A stretch of 64,000 nt of DNA from Dehalococcoidia bacterium (GTDB taxonomy: Bacteria > Chloroflexota > Dehalococcoidia > GIF9 > UBA5629): contig JBEKIW010000001.1 of assembly GCA_050011565.1 (NCBI GenBank), forward strand, positions 320,001 through 384,000, written 5' to 3'. Each line of letters opens with the position of its first letter. The stretch's first letter is position 1. A program made the translations under genes and the position numbers. Positions 49,201 through 59,841 of the stretch are shown here, one piece after another. The notes below the pieces were generated by a model, which worked only from the letters and a program-made list of their open reading frames with translations, ran no database searches and was not told the DNA's origin.

Positions 49201-49803
49201 TTACTCGCCGGTTTTTGTGGTCCCGGTAATTGTAAGTTGACGGTCTTTGATTTGAACGCTGGTTATATCTAGAGGTACATCGGCTAGCTGTAAGCTCACC
49301 ATAATGTTTGCTAATTGCTCTACTCTTGCTTTGGCTGATTCAGGCAAGGGCAATTTACCCAGATTGAACTCGTCTACTGCTATTTTTGGCTTGCCGTCCA
49401 CAATCTCTATTCGTCCGATTGTCCCAGTCTTAGCATCGATTACGGGTGCGTCCAGCACAGCGTAGGTCAGAAAATAGCCATCGCCGAAGTTAATAAGTAT
49501 CCGTTTCAAAGGCAATTGGCCCTCGGCCAGCATTTGTACCAGCTTAGAATTGGCTTCGTTCTCAGTTATTACTAGGCTCACTTCTCTTTTTTCTCTGGCC
49601 TCAACGGCGGCCTTTATTTGGGTATCAGCAGACTTGAGTTTATCGTCGAAACTTTGAGCTGCATCGGCGGTTACCGCAACCGGTACGGCCCTTCCCAAAA
49701 TTGAAGGAGAAAGTGAATAAAGATAAAAGCCGGTGATGAGGGCAAGAATGACCAGAATTCCGATCACACCGATGGCCATAATTAATCCTTTAATTAATCT
49801 CAT
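49201..49803 (-). CDS. Hypothetical membrane-anchored protein
   Basis: GGAGG RBS, N-terminal hydrophobic anchor, 200-aa ORF. Confidence 0.7.
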   Translation of the reverse strand: MRLIKGLIMAIGVIGILVILALITGFYLYSLSPSILGRAVPVAVTADAAQSFDDKLKSADTQIKAAVEAREKREVSLVITENEANSKLVQMLAEGQLPLKRILINFGDGYFLTYAVLDAPVIDAKTGTIGRIEIVDGKPKIAVDEFNLGKLPLPESAKARVEQLANIMVSLQLADVPLDITSVQIKDRQLTITGTTKTGE

Positions 49804-49838
49804 CTAATTCCTCCTGGCAATTCTGATATTGCTTCAAG

Positions 49839-51407
49839 CTATTCCAGATAATCTTTAAGCTTTCGGCTTCGGCTTGGATGACGCAATTTTCGGAGCGCTT
49901 TAGCTTCGATTTGACGGATTCGCTCTCGCGTCACATTGAACTCTTTGCCTACTTCTTCTAAAGTTCGGGCTCGCCCATCTTCTAAACCGAATCTGAGCAA
50001 TATGACTCTTCTTTCTCTGTCAGTGAGTTCAGAGAGTATCTTGTTTAGTTGTGCCTTGAGCAATTCTTGGGAGGCGGCGTCGGCTGGCGGCGGAGTAGCT
50101 CGGTCCTCGATGAAGTCGCCCAGGTGACTATCTTCTTCTTCACCTATAGGCATCTCTAATGATATGGGCATTTGAGACAGTTTCAGTATTTCTCTTACTC
50201 TATCTGAAGATATTTCCATGCCCTTACCTATTTCCTCATAGCTGGGTTCACGACCGTATTCCTGAGCCAGCCGGCGGTTGACTTTCAACAATCGATTGAT
50301 AGTCTCTACCATGTGCACCGGGATACGGATGGTACGAGCCTGGTCGGCTATAGCTCGTGTAATCGCCTGCCTAATCCACCAGGTGGCATAGGTGCTGAAT
50401 TTATAGCCTTTTCTGTATTCGAATTTCTCTACTGCGCGAACTAAACCGATGTTCCCTTCCTGTATAAGGTCAAGCAGCGGCATACCGTGGCCTACATATT
50501 TCTTGGCGACGCTGACCACCAGGCGTAGATTTGCTTCGGTCAGGTGTCTCTCTGATTTTCTGGCTGTTCTCTTTACCCTAGTGAAATGGGCTTTAAATTG
50601 CTGAGCATGCGCGTTAAGCTGGGAGAGAAATTTGCGATTACCACGCCGACTAACCATGGCTTCTAATTGTTTCCACGTAGTTTTTTCTCCTATTACTTTG
50701 CGCAATTCTACCGGCAGTAGTCGGCTTACCGTGGAAAGGTCTGTCAGTCCCTGTTCAACCTCAGGGGCACTTTTACCTCTGGTCTTAGCTATGGTTTCCA
50801 CCAGTTCCGGGCTTACGTTGCCGTCAATAGCTTCACGCAGCGTTGGGTCACGAAGGCTCTTAAGGAAACTATCTGAAGCCGTCAGTTTATGTAATTTGAC
50901 GAGGCTGGTTATCAATGGCCGTGATGCGAGTAAATGGCGGATTAAATATATTATTGTGTCAACTACGGACGGATATTCGCCACGGCGTTGACGGTAGAGC
51001 TCTTCAATTTTCTGCAGGTATTTCGCTTCCTCTATTTTGCTGGCTAATGCCTTCTCATCATCCGCGGTGAGAAGTGAGACTTTGCCTATTTCATGAAGAT
51101 ACATGCGAACCGGGTCATCGATTGTTTCGTGCTCAACCGGCTCTATCTCGAGGTCCGGTTGGGCTTTATCCTCTTTCCTCTCTTTGCCCGACAATTCGTA
51201 TTCAAGTTCGGGAGCCCCTTCGTTCTCCCAGGGAAAGGTGATACCGGCACTATCTTTTTCTGATCCGTATTTGCTCAGGGTATCCCAGGTACTGTCGCGC
51301 TGAACAAGTCGTTGGCCGTCAACATCACGAATATCCTCGACGTTCAAATTCCTTTTTCCCTTCTTGGGAAAGTAGGACAGCAACTCATCATCTCTATTTG
51401 GAGTCAT
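49839..51407 (-). CDS. rpoD: Primary RNA polymerase sigma factor
   Basis: [47 protein letters not shown]. Confidence 0.98.
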   Translation of the reverse strand: MTPNRDDELLSYFPKKGKRNLNVEDIRDVDGQRLVQRDSTWDTLSKYGSEKDSAGITFPWENEGAPELEYELSGKERKEDKAQPDLEIEPVEHETIDDPVRMYLHEIGKVSLLTADDEKALASKIEEAKYLQKIEELYRQRRGEYPSVVDTIIYLIRHLLASRPLITSLVKLHKLTASDSFLKSLRDPTLREAIDGNVSPELVETIAKTRGKSAPEVEQGLTDLSTVSRLLPVELRKVIGEKTTWKQLEAMVSRRGNRKFLSQLNAHAQQFKAHFTRVKRTARKSERHLTEANLRLVVSVAKKYVGHGMPLLDLIQEGNIGLVRAVEKFEYRKGYKFSTYATWWIRQAITRAIADQARTIRIPVHMVETINRLLKVNRRLAQEYGREPSYEEIGKGMEISSDRVREILKLSQMPISLEMPIGEEEDSHLGDFIEDRATPPPADAASQELLKAQLNKILSELTDRERRVILLRFGLEDGRARTLEEVGKEFNVTRERIRQIEAKALRKLRHPSRSRKLKDYLE

Positions 51408-53281
51408 TGTCCCTCGCTCTTTGACTGCCGTCGGCGATGGTCGAACCTACTAAATATATCGTAAAGCTGTTTGTTAATCTCCATTCCTTGCTCATTAAGT
51501 TTATCTGATTGTGCAACTGTTTCGCCAATTTCGGCATCACTGGCCAAAAGCTCTTGCGTCTGGGATGCTAGCATCTTTAATCTTCTTTCTTTTAGACGAA
51601 TGGTATATTCACTAATGTTTTCGCGTCGAGCCGATTCATTTTCGGTAATAATTGAGCGAAAAGGCCGAGTTATAAGGTTATCAAGATACTCCTGAAGAGT
51701 AACATCGAGACTATTCCGAAGCGAGTCAATGTTGTCGCTATGTTGCCATTTTTCATACAGTTCCCGGTTTTCAGTGTTTTCAAAATAGTCCGGCGATAGT
51801 TCCGCGATTTCAGACTTAAGGTCCGGATATTGAAGCAACAGAGCTAAGGTATATTGCTCCAACGGGCTGGATGAAATGATTGCGGGGGCTGTAGGCGTGA
51901 GAGCTTTCACGCCTCGGGGTCCTCTTCGTTTCCGTTCGTCGGCTCTAAACTTATTCCATGCGTCGCGCAGGTCGTGCTCATCAATCTTCAATAACCGGGC
52001 AAGCCTTTCTAGGTAGTGAGCCTGCCGCAACGGATCTTTCATCTCTAAAAGTAGTGGCAGCAGCTTCTCCACCGTTGTAGACTTATCCCTGGCACTTGCC
52101 AGGTTCACTTTAGCCACCTGACTTTCGAAAATAAAGTCAACAATCGGTTTGGCATCTGCTATCAACTTTTGCCACTTTGAAACGTCTCCCTTGATTACGT
52201 CTTTAATTATATCGTCCAGATCTTTGCCTTTGGGGTATATAAGAATCTTCACTTCAGCCTTTTGAGCATCTTCATATTTAACAGAGCCGTATAAAGATAG
52301 TGGTACCGGCAGCATCTTATCAACCATTTCACCACTTCGCGAGACAGCTTCTTTTCCCGCAGCGTCGGCATCAAGGGCCAGTATTAAATTCTTGGTCAAG
52401 TTTTTGGTAATAGCTAGCTGTTTGTCAACTATAGATGTACCTGAGAAGGCAACTACGTTCTCATACCCGTACTGGTGAGCCGTCAAAACATCCATGTAGC
52501 CTTCCGTGATTATAGCTAAATCTTTTTGACGAATGGCTGTCTTGGCACGGTCAATCCCATATAGGCTGCTGCTCTTATCGAAAACCGGTGTTTGCGGAGA
52601 GTTGAGATACTTGGGTAAAGAATCGTCTAAAGCTCTAGCACCAAAGCCTATAACTTTACCCTGGATGTCCCGAATAGGGAACATTAAACGATTGCGAAAT
52701 CGGTCGTAGTTGTTCTTATCATCTCGCTCCACGAGCAAGCCGGCAGCCAGAAGTTCCGCATCACCATATCCCTTACCCTTCAGGTATTGCTTCAGAGTGT
52801 CCCATTTCTCCGGCGCGAAACCCAGCTGGAAGTTTTTTATGGTTTCCAGCGACAGCCCACGTCGAGCTACATAATTCCTCGCCGTCTCTGCCACGGAAGT
52901 ATTCAGCAATACGTGATGGTAATATTCGGCAGCGGCTTCGTTGATTTCAAATAATCTTTCCCTCTCTTTATTCTGAGCCTGCCTCTGTGGGGTTGACTGG
53001 GCAACCAGGGTAACGCCCGCTTTGTTGGCTAAAAGGCGAAGAGCTTGCGCAAAATCGACCCCTTCTTTTTTCATGATAAAGGAAAAAATATCGCCGCCGG
53101 TACCGCAGGCGCCGAAGCAGTGCCAGCTCTGCCGCTCGGGAAAAACAAAAAATGAAGGGTTCTTTTCAGAATGGAATGGGCATGCGGACTTATAATTTCG
53201 CCCCGATTTCTGTAATTTCACATACTCGGAGACAATTTGCACTATGTCCAGTCTCTGTTTTACGTCGTCAATAACACTCAT
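51404..53281 (-). CDS. dnaG: DNA primase
   Basis: CPFH.E..PSF..HCFG.C Zn finger, KYLNSP, EGYMD, LDAD.AG. Confidence 0.98.
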   Translation of the reverse strand: MSVIDDVKQRLDIVQIVSEYVKLQKSGRNYKSACPFHSEKNPSFFVFPERQSWHCFGACGTGGDIFSFIMKKEGVDFAQALRLLANKAGVTLVAQSTPQRQAQNKERERLFEINEAAAEYYHHVLLNTSVAETARNYVARRGLSLETIKNFQLGFAPEKWDTLKQYLKGKGYGDAELLAAGLLVERDDKNNYDRFRNRLMFPIRDIQGKVIGFGARALDDSLPKYLNSPQTPVFDKSSSLYGIDRAKTAIRQKDLAIITEGYMDVLTAHQYGYENVVAFSGTSIVDKQLAITKNLTKNLILALDADAAGKEAVSRSGEMVDKMLPVPLSLYGSVKYEDAQKAEVKILIYPKGKDLDDIIKDVIKGDVSKWQKLIADAKPIVDFIFESQVAKVNLASARDKSTTVEKLLPLLLEMKDPLRQAHYLERLARLLKIDEHDLRDAWNKFRADERKRRGPRGVKALTPTAPAIISSSPLEQYTLALLLQYPDLKSEIAELSPDYFENTENRELYEKWQHSDNIDSLRNSLDVTLQEYLDNLITRPFRSIITENESARRENISEYTIRLKERRLKMLASQTQELLASDAEIGETVAQSDKLNEQGMEINKQLYDIFSRFDHRRRQSKSEGQ

Positions 53282-53282
53282 T

Positions 53283-54368
53283 TTAGTGGCCCAACGGCAT
53301 GTTTCTAAGTTCGGATGGCCTGTGATATATCTTCACGCGTCTGATTTCCGTGGCCATTTTTAATGCGTACTGGTCGGTCATCCCTGCAATGTAATCAGTA
53401 ACCTTACGCTCCACGCTGTCATCACGGTATGCATATTCTTGCGGCAATTTCTCTTCGTGTTTCAGGAAATATGAATATAGAAGGCGCATTATCCTTCTTG
53501 CTTTTGAAGTGTCTTTACCAGCCAGGCTTGGATTATACACTCTGTCAAACAGAAACTCACGCAGGCCGTTGGTCACCTCTAGAATATCTGCGCTCATCCC
53601 AATAGTTGGCATTTTTAAATTCGCATCACCTGTTGAGGCCAAAGAATAACTGACTATATCACATACGAGCGTGTTGATTCGCCGGCCGGTGGTATTGCCG
53701 AGCAGGTTTACTGCAGAAGTCGGCAGCTCGTTTTCAGCTATAACGCCGGCTCTTATTGCATCGGCAATATCGTGGTTGACATAAGCAACGATATCAGCCA
53801 TCTTGACGACCTGTCCTTCGATAGTACTAACTTCTGTCCATCCCTCCCCGAGTATCTCAATTCCGCTCTTGGAATGATTCAAGATGCCGTCTCTTACTTC
53901 CCATGTCAGGTTTAGCCCTTGTCCGTCTTTTTCCAGTAAGTCGACTACTCTCAGGCTTTGCTCGTTATGCTTAAATCCGCCGGGAAAGAGCTCGTTCAGA
54001 ACTTGCTCACCAACATGACCGAATGGCGTATGACCTAAATCATGTCCCAAAGCTATTGCTTCGGTTAAATCCTCATTAAGATTAAGTGCTCTGGATATAG
54101 TGCGCGCAATCTGCGAGACTTCTAAAGTATGTGTTAGCCTGGTTACATAATGGTCGCCCAAGGGGGCGATAAAGACCTGAGTCTTGTGTTTGAGACGACG
54201 GAAGGCATTGGAGTAGATTATGCGGTCGCGGTCCCGCTGGAAATCTGTTCGTAATGAGCTAGGTTCCTCCCATTTGAGTCTGCCCCGACTAAGCCTGCTT
54301 TTGGATGCATAAGGAGAGAACCTATTTTCAGATTCTTCTATACGCTGCCGAATGTTTAGACTGACCAT
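53283..54368 (-). CDS. dgt: Deoxyguanosinetriphosphate triphosphohydrolase-like protein
   Basis: FQRDRDRI, FRRLKHKTQVF, RLTHTLEV, HDLGHTPFGH, YIAGMTD. Confidence 0.95.
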   Translation of the reverse strand: MVSLNIRQRIEESENRFSPYASKSRLSRGRLKWEEPSSLRTDFQRDRDRIIYSNAFRRLKHKTQVFIAPLGDHYVTRLTHTLEVSQIARTISRALNLNEDLTEAIALGHDLGHTPFGHVGEQVLNELFPGGFKHNEQSLRVVDLLEKDGQGLNLTWEVRDGILNHSKSGIEILGEGWTEVSTIEGQVVKMADIVAYVNHDIADAIRAGVIAENELPTSAVNLLGNTTGRRINTLVCDIVSYSLASTGDANLKMPTIGMSADILEVTNGLREFLFDRVYNPSLAGKDTSKARRIMRLLYSYFLKHEEKLPQEYAYRDDSVERKVTDYIAGMTDQYALKMATEIRRVKIYHRPSELRNMPLGH

Positions 54369-54406
54369 TAAAAGTTAAGTTTTTGCTCTCCTGCTCTGCT
54401 ACAACG

Positions 54407-56674
54407 CTATGATTGGCCAAGTTTAGCTTCAACAGCAGCAATTATACGTCTTGTTTCATCTATCATGTCAGGGCTTACCGAGACTGAGGTGATGCCCCAT
54501 TTTACCAGTTTTTCAGTAAGTTCCGGGTAGACTGAAGGTGCCTGACCGCAAATTGAAGCGGTGACGCCTTTGCTAACTGAAACTCTGATAAGTTTTTCTA
54601 AAGCTATGATTACGGCATCGTTTCTCTCATCAAACTCCGGTGCAAGCTTGGGGTTGTCTCGGTCTATGCCTAAAATCAGCTGTGTCAGGTCGTTAGAGCC
54701 AATAGAGATGCCGTCGATACCAACGTCTAAGAACTTGTCTATAAGGAAGACATTTGATGGCACTTCAGCCATCATCCACAATTTGAAATTGGGAAACTGG
54801 TATAATCCCTCGGCAACAAAGAATCTTTTTATCCTGGCTAACTCGTCGACGAAACGGACAAAGGGAATCATGACGTATAAATTATCGTAGGACTGACATA
54901 CTTTTTTAATTGTCTCCACTTCCATCCTGAAAACCTCGGGTTCCCTGGTGTATCGCGAACAGCCACGATACCCAATCATGGGATTTTCCTCGAATTCTTC
55001 ATATCTGTCGCCGCCGCGCAAGTTTCTATACTCGTTAGTTTTGAAATCAGTAGTTCGGTAAACCACAGGCCTGGGGTGGAAAGCTTTGGTAAAGGTGGTA
55101 ATGCCTCGAGCCAGCATTTCCATGAACTGCTCACCTTTTCCCTCATGTAACATATACCGGGGATGTCCACCAATCTGAGCTATCATAAACTCGGCTCTCA
55201 GCAAGCCAACGCCGTCTACATGCCGTGAAGCTATCGTCTCAGCCAGGTCCGGCTCAGCTAGATTTACGTAGACTCTGGTCTTGGTTTTTATACGCTCTTG
55301 AGAGATAACTGCCGGGGCGGATTTTGTCGGCTCAGCTACTCTTCCGGCATATACTTCTCCTCTAGCGCCGTCTACGGTGATTTCCTGACCGTCTTTCAGA
55401 GTTTTTGTTGCTACCTCTGTGCCGACCACGCATGGGATACCCAGTTCGCGGCTAACAATAGCTGCATGGGCCGTTCTGCCGCCGCGGTCGGTGACTATAG
55501 CTGATGCTCGCTTCATTGCCGGCACGAAGTCCGGGGTCGTCATTTCGGCGACCAGAACATCACCGTTTTTGACTTTATCTACTTGCGAAGCCACGGGCAC
55601 AATTCTTACCGGGCCAACAGCTATTCCCGGGCTGGCGGCAACGCCGATTAAAATTGCTTGAGCCTCTATTTTATGAAAAATCTTGCCGGTATCTTTGGGT
55701 TTCAAAGTAGTTACCGGCCGCGTTTGAAGAATAAAGAACTGCGTTCCTTCCTTTGCCCACTCGATGTCCTGGGGGAACTGGTACAGGTCTTCAATCGTTT
55801 TTCCTAGTTCAGCCAGGACGACAATATCTTTATCGGCCAGCTTCTGCCTGCTCTGTTTTGATGCTGGAACGGGAATCTTGACGTTTGATTCAAGTTCACC
55901 TGACGGCGCATTGGTGTTTTTAGCCAGTTGCCATTCTTGCTTGTGTACTTGCTTATCGATAATTCTCATCTCGTTTTTATCCAGGAGATATTGGTCGGGT
56001 GTTACGTCACCGGATACGATAGCTTCACCCAGTCCGAAAATTGCTTCAATAAGTATCTTAGTCGTATCGCTACTTAAAGGCTCTACGGTGAACAAAACTC
56101 CCGATGTCTCTGATTGAATCATCTTTTGCACCGGAACGGCGATACCGACCTTAAAATGGTCGAAACCGTGCTCTTCTCGATAGAATATTGCTCTAGCCTC
56201 AAACAGGGAACTCCAGCAACCTTGTATTGCTGCCACTACCTCATCTGCGCCTTGAATATTTAGAAAGGTGCGCTGTTGCCCGGCGAAAGAAGCCTCCGGT
56301 AAATCCTCAGCTGTAGCCGAAGAGCGGACTGCTACTAACCCTTGACCTAGTTTACGATAAGCCTCTTTCATTTCCTTTGCCATATCAGGCGGCATAGGCG
56401 CGCGCGAAATTTTATCCTTGATAACGTCGGATACCTCTTGGAGCCGTTTGCTATCATTAACGTTCAAGCCTTCGAGGTAGCGGCGGATTTCGTCCGTAAG
56501 GCCGGCGTCATTAAGAAATTTAAAATAGGCGCCCGCGGTGACAATGAACCCTGGTGGAACCGGTATTTTAGCGTGAACCATCTCACCCAGGTTAGCGCCT
56601 TTACCACCTACCAGGGGAATGTCAACTTTGGTTACTTCGTTAAACCAAACAATAGTCTTTGTCCCTTGCAGCAT
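54407..56674 (-). CDS. ppsA: Phosphoenolpyruvate synthase
   Basis: GGKGANLGEM, VRSSATAED..ASFAGQ, GGRTAHAAI, SIGSNDLTQ. Confidence 0.96.
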   Translation of the reverse strand: MLQGTKTIVWFNEVTKVDIPLVGGKGANLGEMVHAKIPVPPGFIVTAGAYFKFLNDAGLTDEIRRYLEGLNVNDSKRLQEVSDVIKDKISRAPMPPDMAKEMKEAYRKLGQGLVAVRSSATAEDLPEASFAGQQRTFLNIQGADEVVAAIQGCWSSLFEARAIFYREEHGFDHFKVGIAVPVQKMIQSETSGVLFTVEPLSSDTTKILIEAIFGLGEAIVSGDVTPDQYLLDKNEMRIIDKQVHKQEWQLAKNTNAPSGELESNVKIPVPASKQSRQKLADKDIVVLAELGKTIEDLYQFPQDIEWAKEGTQFFILQTRPVTTLKPKDTGKIFHKIEAQAILIGVAASPGIAVGPVRIVPVASQVDKVKNGDVLVAEMTTPDFVPAMKRASAIVTDRGGRTAHAAIVSRELGIPCVVGTEVATKTLKDGQEITVDGARGEVYAGRVAEPTKSAPAVISQERIKTKTRVYVNLAEPDLAETIASRHVDGVGLLRAEFMIAQIGGHPRYMLHEGKGEQFMEMLARGITTFTKAFHPRPVVYRTTDFKTNEYRNLRGGDRYEEFEENPMIGYRGCSRYTREPEVFRMEVETIKKVCQSYDNLYVMIPFVRFVDELARIKRFFVAEGLYQFPNFKLWMMAEVPSNVFLIDKFLDVGIDGISIGSNDLTQLILGIDRDNPKLAPEFDERNDAVIIALEKLIRVSVSKGVTASICGQAPSVYPELTEKLVKWGITSVSVSPDMIDETRRIIAAVEAKLGQS

Positions 56675-56797
56675 ACCCCTCCTTGTTGTTCAGATTGTCT
56701 TGGCGGCCGTATTATACCAGAAAATATGGACTTTGAAGATAGGAGAACACTAATTTTAGCTTTCCTGCCAAACGACTTTAGGTTAGAGTTGCCTTAC

Positions 56798-57898
56798 CTA
56801 AATATTGAAAAGAAAGGTTATGATGTCTCCATCTTGTACTATGTAATTCTTCCCTTCGAGTCTCAGGAGGCCGTGTTTTTTTGCTTCGGCCAGGCTGCCG
56901 CATCTATCTAAATCATTAAAATTGACCACTTCAGCCCGGATAAATCCCTTTTCGATATCAGAATGTATTTTTCCGGCAGCCTTTACGGCGGACGTTCCTT
57001 TGGTAATTGTCCACGCTTTAAGTTCATCGGAGACGGTGGTAAAGAAGGAGATTAATCCCAGGAGTTGATATGAAAGTCTGATGACGCGGTCAACTGCAGG
57101 CTCGGCCAGGCCAAGATCCTTTCTAAATTCTGCACTATCAGAGTCGTCTAACTGACTCAACTCCATTTCCAACTTACCACACAAGGCAGCCACTTCAAAT
57201 TGGGCGTGAGAGTAGGTTGAGCGTATTTCAGCTTCAAAAGAGGATTCCTGTGTTAACTGGTTCTCCCCGATATTGATAACCAACAGTATGGGTTTGGCAG
57301 TAAGAAACTGATAATTAGCCAGGCTTTTGACTTCCTCACCGGTTAAACTTTGCTGCCAGATTGGTATATCTTTTTCTAATTCTGACTTGATCCTTTCAAG
57401 CAAAGCTTGTTCTTTCAATAACGGATCTCGTTCTGATTGCTTAGCGCCCTTCAAAGAATCTTCCAGCCGCTTTAATCTTCTTTCAATTATTGCCAGATCG
57501 GAGAACACAAGCTCAAGATTCATGGTAGCTATGTCCCGTTTCGGGTTGATAGTGCCATCTATATGCGGCACCTTTTCGTCTTCAAAGACTCGGACAACAT
57601 GTATCAGCGCATCGGCGTTGCTTAAATAGTTCAGGAATTGACCACTTATTCCCTCTCCCTTACCGAAATCTTTAGCTATACCTACAATATCGACATATTT
57701 GACTTCAGCGGGCATCACCTTCTTGGGATGGAATATCTTATCCAGAACCTGCAATCTAGGTTCCGGCACTTTTGACACTCCGATGTTTGGGGCCAGGGCG
57801 GTTGTGGCATAAGTTGTAGTGTCAGCTTTTCCCCTGGTCAAGACGTTGAAAATAGTTGTCTTACCGCTTTTGGGTAGACCGATGACGCAGACTTCCAA
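56798..57898 (-). CDS. ychF: Redox-regulated ATPase YchF
   Basis: GLPKSGKTT, GEG...FL, AAGKIHSD..KGFIRAEV, RLEGK.Y.VQDGD; TTG start 57898 preferred. Confidence 0.95.
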   Translation of the reverse strand: MEVCVIGLPKSGKTTIFNVLTRGKADTTTYATTALAPNIGVSKVPEPRLQVLDKIFHPKKVMPAEVKYVDIVGIAKDFGKGEGISGQFLNYLSNADALIHVVRVFEDEKVPHIDGTINPKRDIATMNLELVFSDLAIIERRLKRLEDSLKGAKQSERDPLLKEQALLERIKSELEKDIPIWQQSLTGEEVKSLANYQFLTAKPILLVINIGENQLTQESSFEAEIRSTYSHAQFEVAALCGKLEMELSQLDDSDSAEFRKDLGLAEPAVDRVIRLSYQLLGLISFFTTVSDELKAWTITKGTSAVKAAGKIHSDIEKGFIRAEVVNFNDLDRCGSLAEAKKHGLLRLEGKNYIVQDGDIITFLFNI

Positions 57899-57972
57899 AA
57901 TACTTCCCCGTACCGCAAAATATAAGCTAGACGAGACCAAATTGCAAGAGACAAGCAGCTTTGTTCACGAAC

Positions 57973-58002
57973 TTGTCGCTATTTTGCCTGATGTGTTATA
58001 AT
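57973..58002 (+). promoter_or_regulatory. Promoter of the rpsF operon
   Basis: TTGTCG-18 nt-TATAAT with TGn extension. Confidence 0.6.
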
Positions 58003-58036
58003 GTCCACACTTTTGAGCTTTGAAGGAAAAATACAA

Positions 58037-58324
58037 GTGTCTAACTACGAACTAGTGCTCATAATTAGTCCTGATATGACTGATGAAGAAATGCCTGACT
58101 TCATCGCTAAGCTGAGCGAGCTCATCAACAAGGTCGGTGGAACGGTAGGTGAGGTAAGTCAGTGGGGCAGGAGACAGCTGGCTTATCCTATTAAAAGGTC
58201 TGCAGAAGGCAATTATGTGCTGACTAAGCTCAATTTGAAGCCGACTGTAACCAAAGAACTTGAAGCTAGCTTTCGGCTTTCCGGGAAGATTCTACGTCAT
58301 CTCCTGATAAGATTGGCGGATTAA
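58037..58324 (+). CDS. rpsF: 30S ribosomal protein S6
   Basis: YELVLII, WGRRQLAYPI, EG.Y, ILRHL; GTG start after AAGGA. Confidence 0.95.
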   Translation: MSNYELVLIISPDMTDEEMPDFIAKLSELINKVGGTVGEVSQWGRRQLAYPIKRSAEGNYVLTKLNLKPTVTKELEASFRLSGKILRHLLIRLAD

Positions 58325-58341
58325 GGTGTAAGGAGCAGGCT

Positions 58342-58776
58342 ATGGTGAGTTTGAACAAAATAATGCTTATTGGGAATGTCGGTACTGACCCGGAAATGCG
58401 TTTTACGGCAAATGGTAATCCGGTGACCTCGTTCCGTGTTGCCACTAGCCGGTCGTACACAACTTCTGAAGGGGAGCGGAGACAGGAAACAGAGTGGTTT
58501 ACGATAGTCGCCTGGAAGAAACAGGCGGAAAGCTGCAATCAGTTTTTGACAAAAGGTCAGAGAGTTTATATTGAAGGCAGCTTGCGGACACGCTCCTGGG
58601 AAGGGCGGGATGGCCAGAAACGAGTTACCGCTGAGGTGATAGCGAATAGAGTATTGTTCCTTGACAGGCAAGCCGTAGCTCCGCTGCCGGGTGAAGAAAT
58701 TCCTGTGGAAGCTCCTGTAGAAGCTCCTGTAGAAGCTGCGGAGGAAGAGGTTGAGCCTGAAGATTTACCTTTTTAA
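58342..58776 (+). CDS. ssb: Single-stranded DNA-binding protein
   Basis: NK..LIGN...DPE.R, TEWF, EG.L.TR.W, C-terminal EDLPF. Confidence 0.97.
   Translation: MVSLNKIMLIGNVGTDPEMRFTANGNPVTSFRVATSRSYTTSEGERRQETEWFTIVAWKKQAESCNQFLTKGQRVYIEGSLRTRSWEGRDGQKRVTAEVIANRVLFLDRQAVAPLPGEEIPVEAPVEAPVEAAEEEVEPEDLPF
58702..58737 (+). repeat. 12-bp in-frame tandem repeat x3 (PVEA) in the SSB linker
   Basis: cctgtggaagct cctgtagaagct cctgtagaagct. Confidence 0.85.
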
Positions 58777-58812
58777 GCATTTAAAATTGGAAAAGGAGGC
58801 ATAGATTAGAGC

Positions 58813-59106
58813 ATGGAGGAAGGTGAGGGGACTAAGGAAGTAAGAGAGAAGGGGCGTCGTTTCGTATTCAAGCCCAAAGTTTGTCCCTTTTGCGCTGATA
58901 AAAGCGAGATAGACTATAAAGACACCTTCAAGTTGCGCCGCTATGTTTCTGACCGGGCTAGAATCGAGCCACGTCGCAGGACTGGCGTTTGCGCCAAGCA
59001 TCAGCGACGGTTGGCATTAGCGATAAAGAGAGCTCGCTATCTGGCTCTGTTGCCTTATACTCCAGAGCACGTCAGTCCCAAACGGGTAGCTGAAACTAAA
59101 GCTTAG
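58813..59106 (+). CDS. rpsR: 30S ribosomal protein S18
   Basis: CPFC..IDYKD, RRRTG.CAKHQR..AIKRAR..ALLPY. Confidence 0.96.
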   Translation: MEEGEGTKEVREKGRRFVFKPKVCPFCADKSEIDYKDTFKLRRYVSDRARIEPRRRTGVCAKHQRRLALAIKRARYLALLPYTPEHVSPKRVAETKA

Positions 59107-59123
59107 ATTTAGGGAAGAGTAAA

Positions 59124-59264
59124 GTGCCTAAAAGAACATACCAGCCTAAAAAAAAGGCAAGAAAACGTAAGCATGGCTTCCGAGCCAGGACGGCAACTCG
59201 AGGTGGACGGGAGGTATTAAAATCACGGCGGCTCAAGGGGCGGTGGAAATTGACGCCAGTATAG
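59124..59264 (+). CDS. rpmH: 50S ribosomal protein L34 (not in ORF track)
   Basis: GTG start: [46 protein letters not shown]. Confidence 0.96.
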   Translation: MPKRTYQPKKKARKRKHGFRARTATRGGREVLKSRRLKGRWKLTPV

Positions 59265-59268
59265 AAGC

Positions 59269-59628
59269 ATGACAAAGAAGTGGGCTTTAACTAAAAGAGC
59301 CCAGTATTTGACTGTTTACAAATCAGGTAAAGCTTGGGTAAATAATCTTATAGTTATGAAAGCGTTGCCTAACGAGTGCGAGTTTAGCCGTTATGGGTTT
59401 TCGGTAACCAAGAATATTGGTAAGGCGGTGGTGCGCAATCGGATTCGGCGCTTGCTGAGAGAGATTTCTCGCATGACGTCTGTAAAACCAGGCTGGGATA
59501 TTGTGTTCATTGCTCGGCCAGAAGCAGTTGCTGCCGACTATCACGAACTCAGTAAGTCAGTGGAAATGCTTCTGCGACGAGCTCATTTAATAAATAAAGA
59601 TGAAGCGGTTCGTGCTGGAGTTAATTAA
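59269..59628 (+). CDS. rnpA: Ribonuclease P protein component
   Basis: GFSV.K.IGKAVVRNRIRRLLRE. Confidence 0.96.
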   Translation: MTKKWALTKRAQYLTVYKSGKAWVNNLIVMKALPNECEFSRYGFSVTKNIGKAVVRNRIRRLLREISRMTSVKPGWDIVFIARPEAVAADYHELSKSVEMLLRRAHLINKDEAVRAGVN

Positions 59629-59809
59629 GCTGTATCAGTCTACGGTATCACGAGTTGTCCCGCCTGCTTGTCGATTTGAACCTACTTGTTCTCACTATAC
59701 CTACGAGGCAATCCAGAGATACGGACTGGTCAAAGGAAGCTGGCTTGGAGCCAAACGTATAGCGCGTTGCCATCCCTGGTCCGAGGGTGGTTATGACCCG
59801 GTGCCTTAA
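59600..59809 (+). CDS. yidD: Membrane protein insertion efficiency factor
   Basis: CRFEPTCS.Y..EAI..YG, RCHP...GGYDPVP. Confidence 0.95.
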   Translation: MKRFVLELIKLYQSTVSRVVPPACRFEPTCSHYTYEAIQRYGLVKGSWLGAKRIARCHPWSEGGYDPVP

Positions 59810-59841
59810 TTTCTCAGCTTTTTACATTGATGGTGAATTAG

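Noticed and set aside
58702-58737. SSB tandem repeat as a phase-variation locus
   Set aside because: In-frame 12-bp unit in the disordered linker; ordinary length variation.
59107-59123. oriC/dnaA next to rpmH
   Set aside because: rpmH follows rpsR after only 17 nt; no dnaA or DnaA-box cluster seen.
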